A stretch of DNA of 44,003 bases. Origin: an uncultured Opitutia bacterium (lineage in GTDB: Bacteria > Verrucomicrobiota > Verrucomicrobiia > Opitutales > UBA953). Position numbers and translations under genes: made by a program. The stretch covers positions 1 through 44,003 of the forward strand of contig CAIRWP010000131.1 of assembly GCA_903882335.1 (NCBI GenBank), given 5' to 3'. Under the pieces are notes generated by a model that was not told where the DNA came from, ran no database searches, and saw nothing but the letters and a program-made list of their open reading frames with translations. The number at the start of each line of letters is the position of its first letter. Positions within the stretch are counted from its first letter, which is position 1. This document shows, piece by piece, positions 42,916-44,003 of the stretch.

Positions 42916-44003
42916 ATGAAACAGAAACACTCAGTGACTATCGAAGAACTCGGTATCACCATCAGCACCGGCTCCATCGCCCGCCTCGCCAACGGCGCCG
43001 TCACCATCAGCAAGGGAGAGACCACGCTCTTCGTGTCGGCCACCGCCGCCGAGGATCTCCGCTCCCCCGACCAGGACTTCTTCCCCCTGACCGTCGACTA
43101 CCGCGAGAAGTTCGCCGCCGCCGGCCGCTTCCCGGGCAGCTACTTCCGCCGCGAAGGCAAGCCCTCCGATAAGGAGATCCTGACCTCCCGCCTCTGCGAC
43201 CGCCCGCTGCGCCCGCTCTTCCCCGAAGGCTTCCTCAATGAAGTCCAGGTGATCGGCCTGCTGCTCTCGGCCGACCAGATCAACGACGCCGACGTCCTGA
43301 TGGTGAACGGTGCTTCCGCCGCGCTCCTCTGCTCCGACATCCCTTGGAACGGTCCGATCGCGGGCATCCGCCTCGGTCGCGTCGCCGGGCAGTTCGTCAT
43401 CAATCCGACCCACGAACAGCAGTACGAGTCCGACCTGGACCTCATCTACGTCGGTAATGAGAGCGACATGATGATGATCGAAGGTTCGGCCGACCAGCTG
43501 CCCGAAGTCGACTTCATCGCCGCCCTCGAGTACGCCCAGAAGGCTATCCAGCCGATCATCGCCGCCCAGCGCAAGCTCGCCGCGATGTACTCCAAGACCA
43601 AGCGCGTCTTCCCGCTCGTCGTCTGCGAACCGAAGGCCCTCGCCATCTGCGAGCGCGTCGCCGGTGAAGGCGACCAGCTGAAGAAGGCGATCTTCCTCGC
43701 CTCCAAGAAGGAGCGCGGCGACGCCGTCAAGGTCGTGGTCGAGAAGGCCAAGGCCGCCTGCAAGGCGGAGCTCGGCGACGTCTTCGACGCCCGCCAGATC
43801 AAGATGGCCTTCGAGAAGCTCCAGGAGAAGGTCTACCGCAACGCCATCATCCAGAGCGGCGAGCGGGCCGACGGCCGTAAGCCGTTGGATCTCCGGGCGA
43901 TCTCCTGCGAAGTCGACGTGCTCCCGCGCGTCCACGGTTCCTCGCTCTTCCAGCGCGGCGAAACCCAGGGTCTCGTCCTCGCGACCCTCGGCACCTCCAA
44001 GGA
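42916..44003 (+). CDS. pnp: Polyribonucleotide nucleotidyltransferase (PNPase); C-terminus beyond window
   Basis: Own translation from the ATG at 42916 gives [42 protein letters not shown]...[49 protein letters not shown]. It runs to the window edge. Confidence 0.95.
   Translation, partial: MKQKHSVTIEELGITISTGSIARLANGAVTISKGETTLFVSATAAEDLRSPDQDFFPLTVDYREKFAAAGRFPGSYFRREGKPSDKEILTSRLCDRPLRPLFPEGFLNEVQVIGLLLSADQINDADVLMVNGASAALLCSDIPWNGPIAGIRLGRVAGQFVINPTHEQQYESDLDLIYVGNESDMMMIEGSADQLPEVDFIAALEYAQKAIQPIIAAQRKLAAMYSKTKRVFPLVVCEPKALAICERVAGEGDQLKKAIFLASKKERGDAVKVVVEKAKAACKAELGDVFDARQIKMAFEKLQEKVYRNAIIQSGERADGRKPLDLRAISCEVDVLPRVHGSSLFQRGETQGLVLATLGTSK

Noticed and set aside
1-44003. Search for CRISPR arrays, IS elements or inverted terminal repeats, integrases next to tRNA-Gln, and toxin-antitoxin or defence islands.
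   Set aside because: There are no regularly spaced direct repeats and no transposase, integrase or recombinase catalytic domains. No small adjacent gene pairs typical of TA modules were seen. The tRNA-Gln is flanked by pyrH and efp with no attachment-site-like duplication.

Overview
High-GC (roughly two-thirds G+C), tightly packed bacterial chromosomal segment with about 45 genes, dominated by core housekeeping functions. Translation: frr, efp, der, fmt, rpsB-tsf, rpsO-pnp, yhbY, tRNA-Gln. Central, nucleotide and cofactor metabolism: sucC, pyrH, glgC, ilvE, nadA, ispA. Aromatic amino-acid synthesis: aroG-type DAHP synthase, aroK, trpD. Envelope and LPS: waaA, lptB with a giant OstA/LptA-like protein, and a GH20 hexosaminidase. 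Regulation: hprK, a Fur-family protein, an Lrp/AsnC protein. There are three ABC exporters. I saw no rRNA, CRISPR array, transposase, integrase, phage gene or recognisable defence or toxin-antitoxin module. Most long ORFs in the six-frame track that lie antisense to these genes are high-GC shadow frames. The gene style suggests a PVC/Verrucomicrobiota-like organism, by inference only: no Shine-Dalgarno motifs, C/A-rich leaders, a Tat-signal Gfo/Idh/MocA oxidoreductase, and HprK next to LptB. I cannot point to a clear-cut novel system. The least explained parts are listed here. (1) An ABC-2-type half-transporter co-directional with two family-less envelope proteins, with a divergent secreted protein (4991-9819). 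(2) A 692-aa multi-repeat LptA-like protein upstream of lptB. (3) A Fur-like protein lacking the His-rich sensing motif and translationally coupled to nadA. (4) An EF-P with Asn at the normally modified Lys/Arg tip. (5) A roughly 35% GC island with repeats upstream of a small HTH protein. (6) An atypical-composition stretch between yhbY and rpsO. All functional calls rest on motif recognition by eye and should be confirmed by HMM or BLAST searches.
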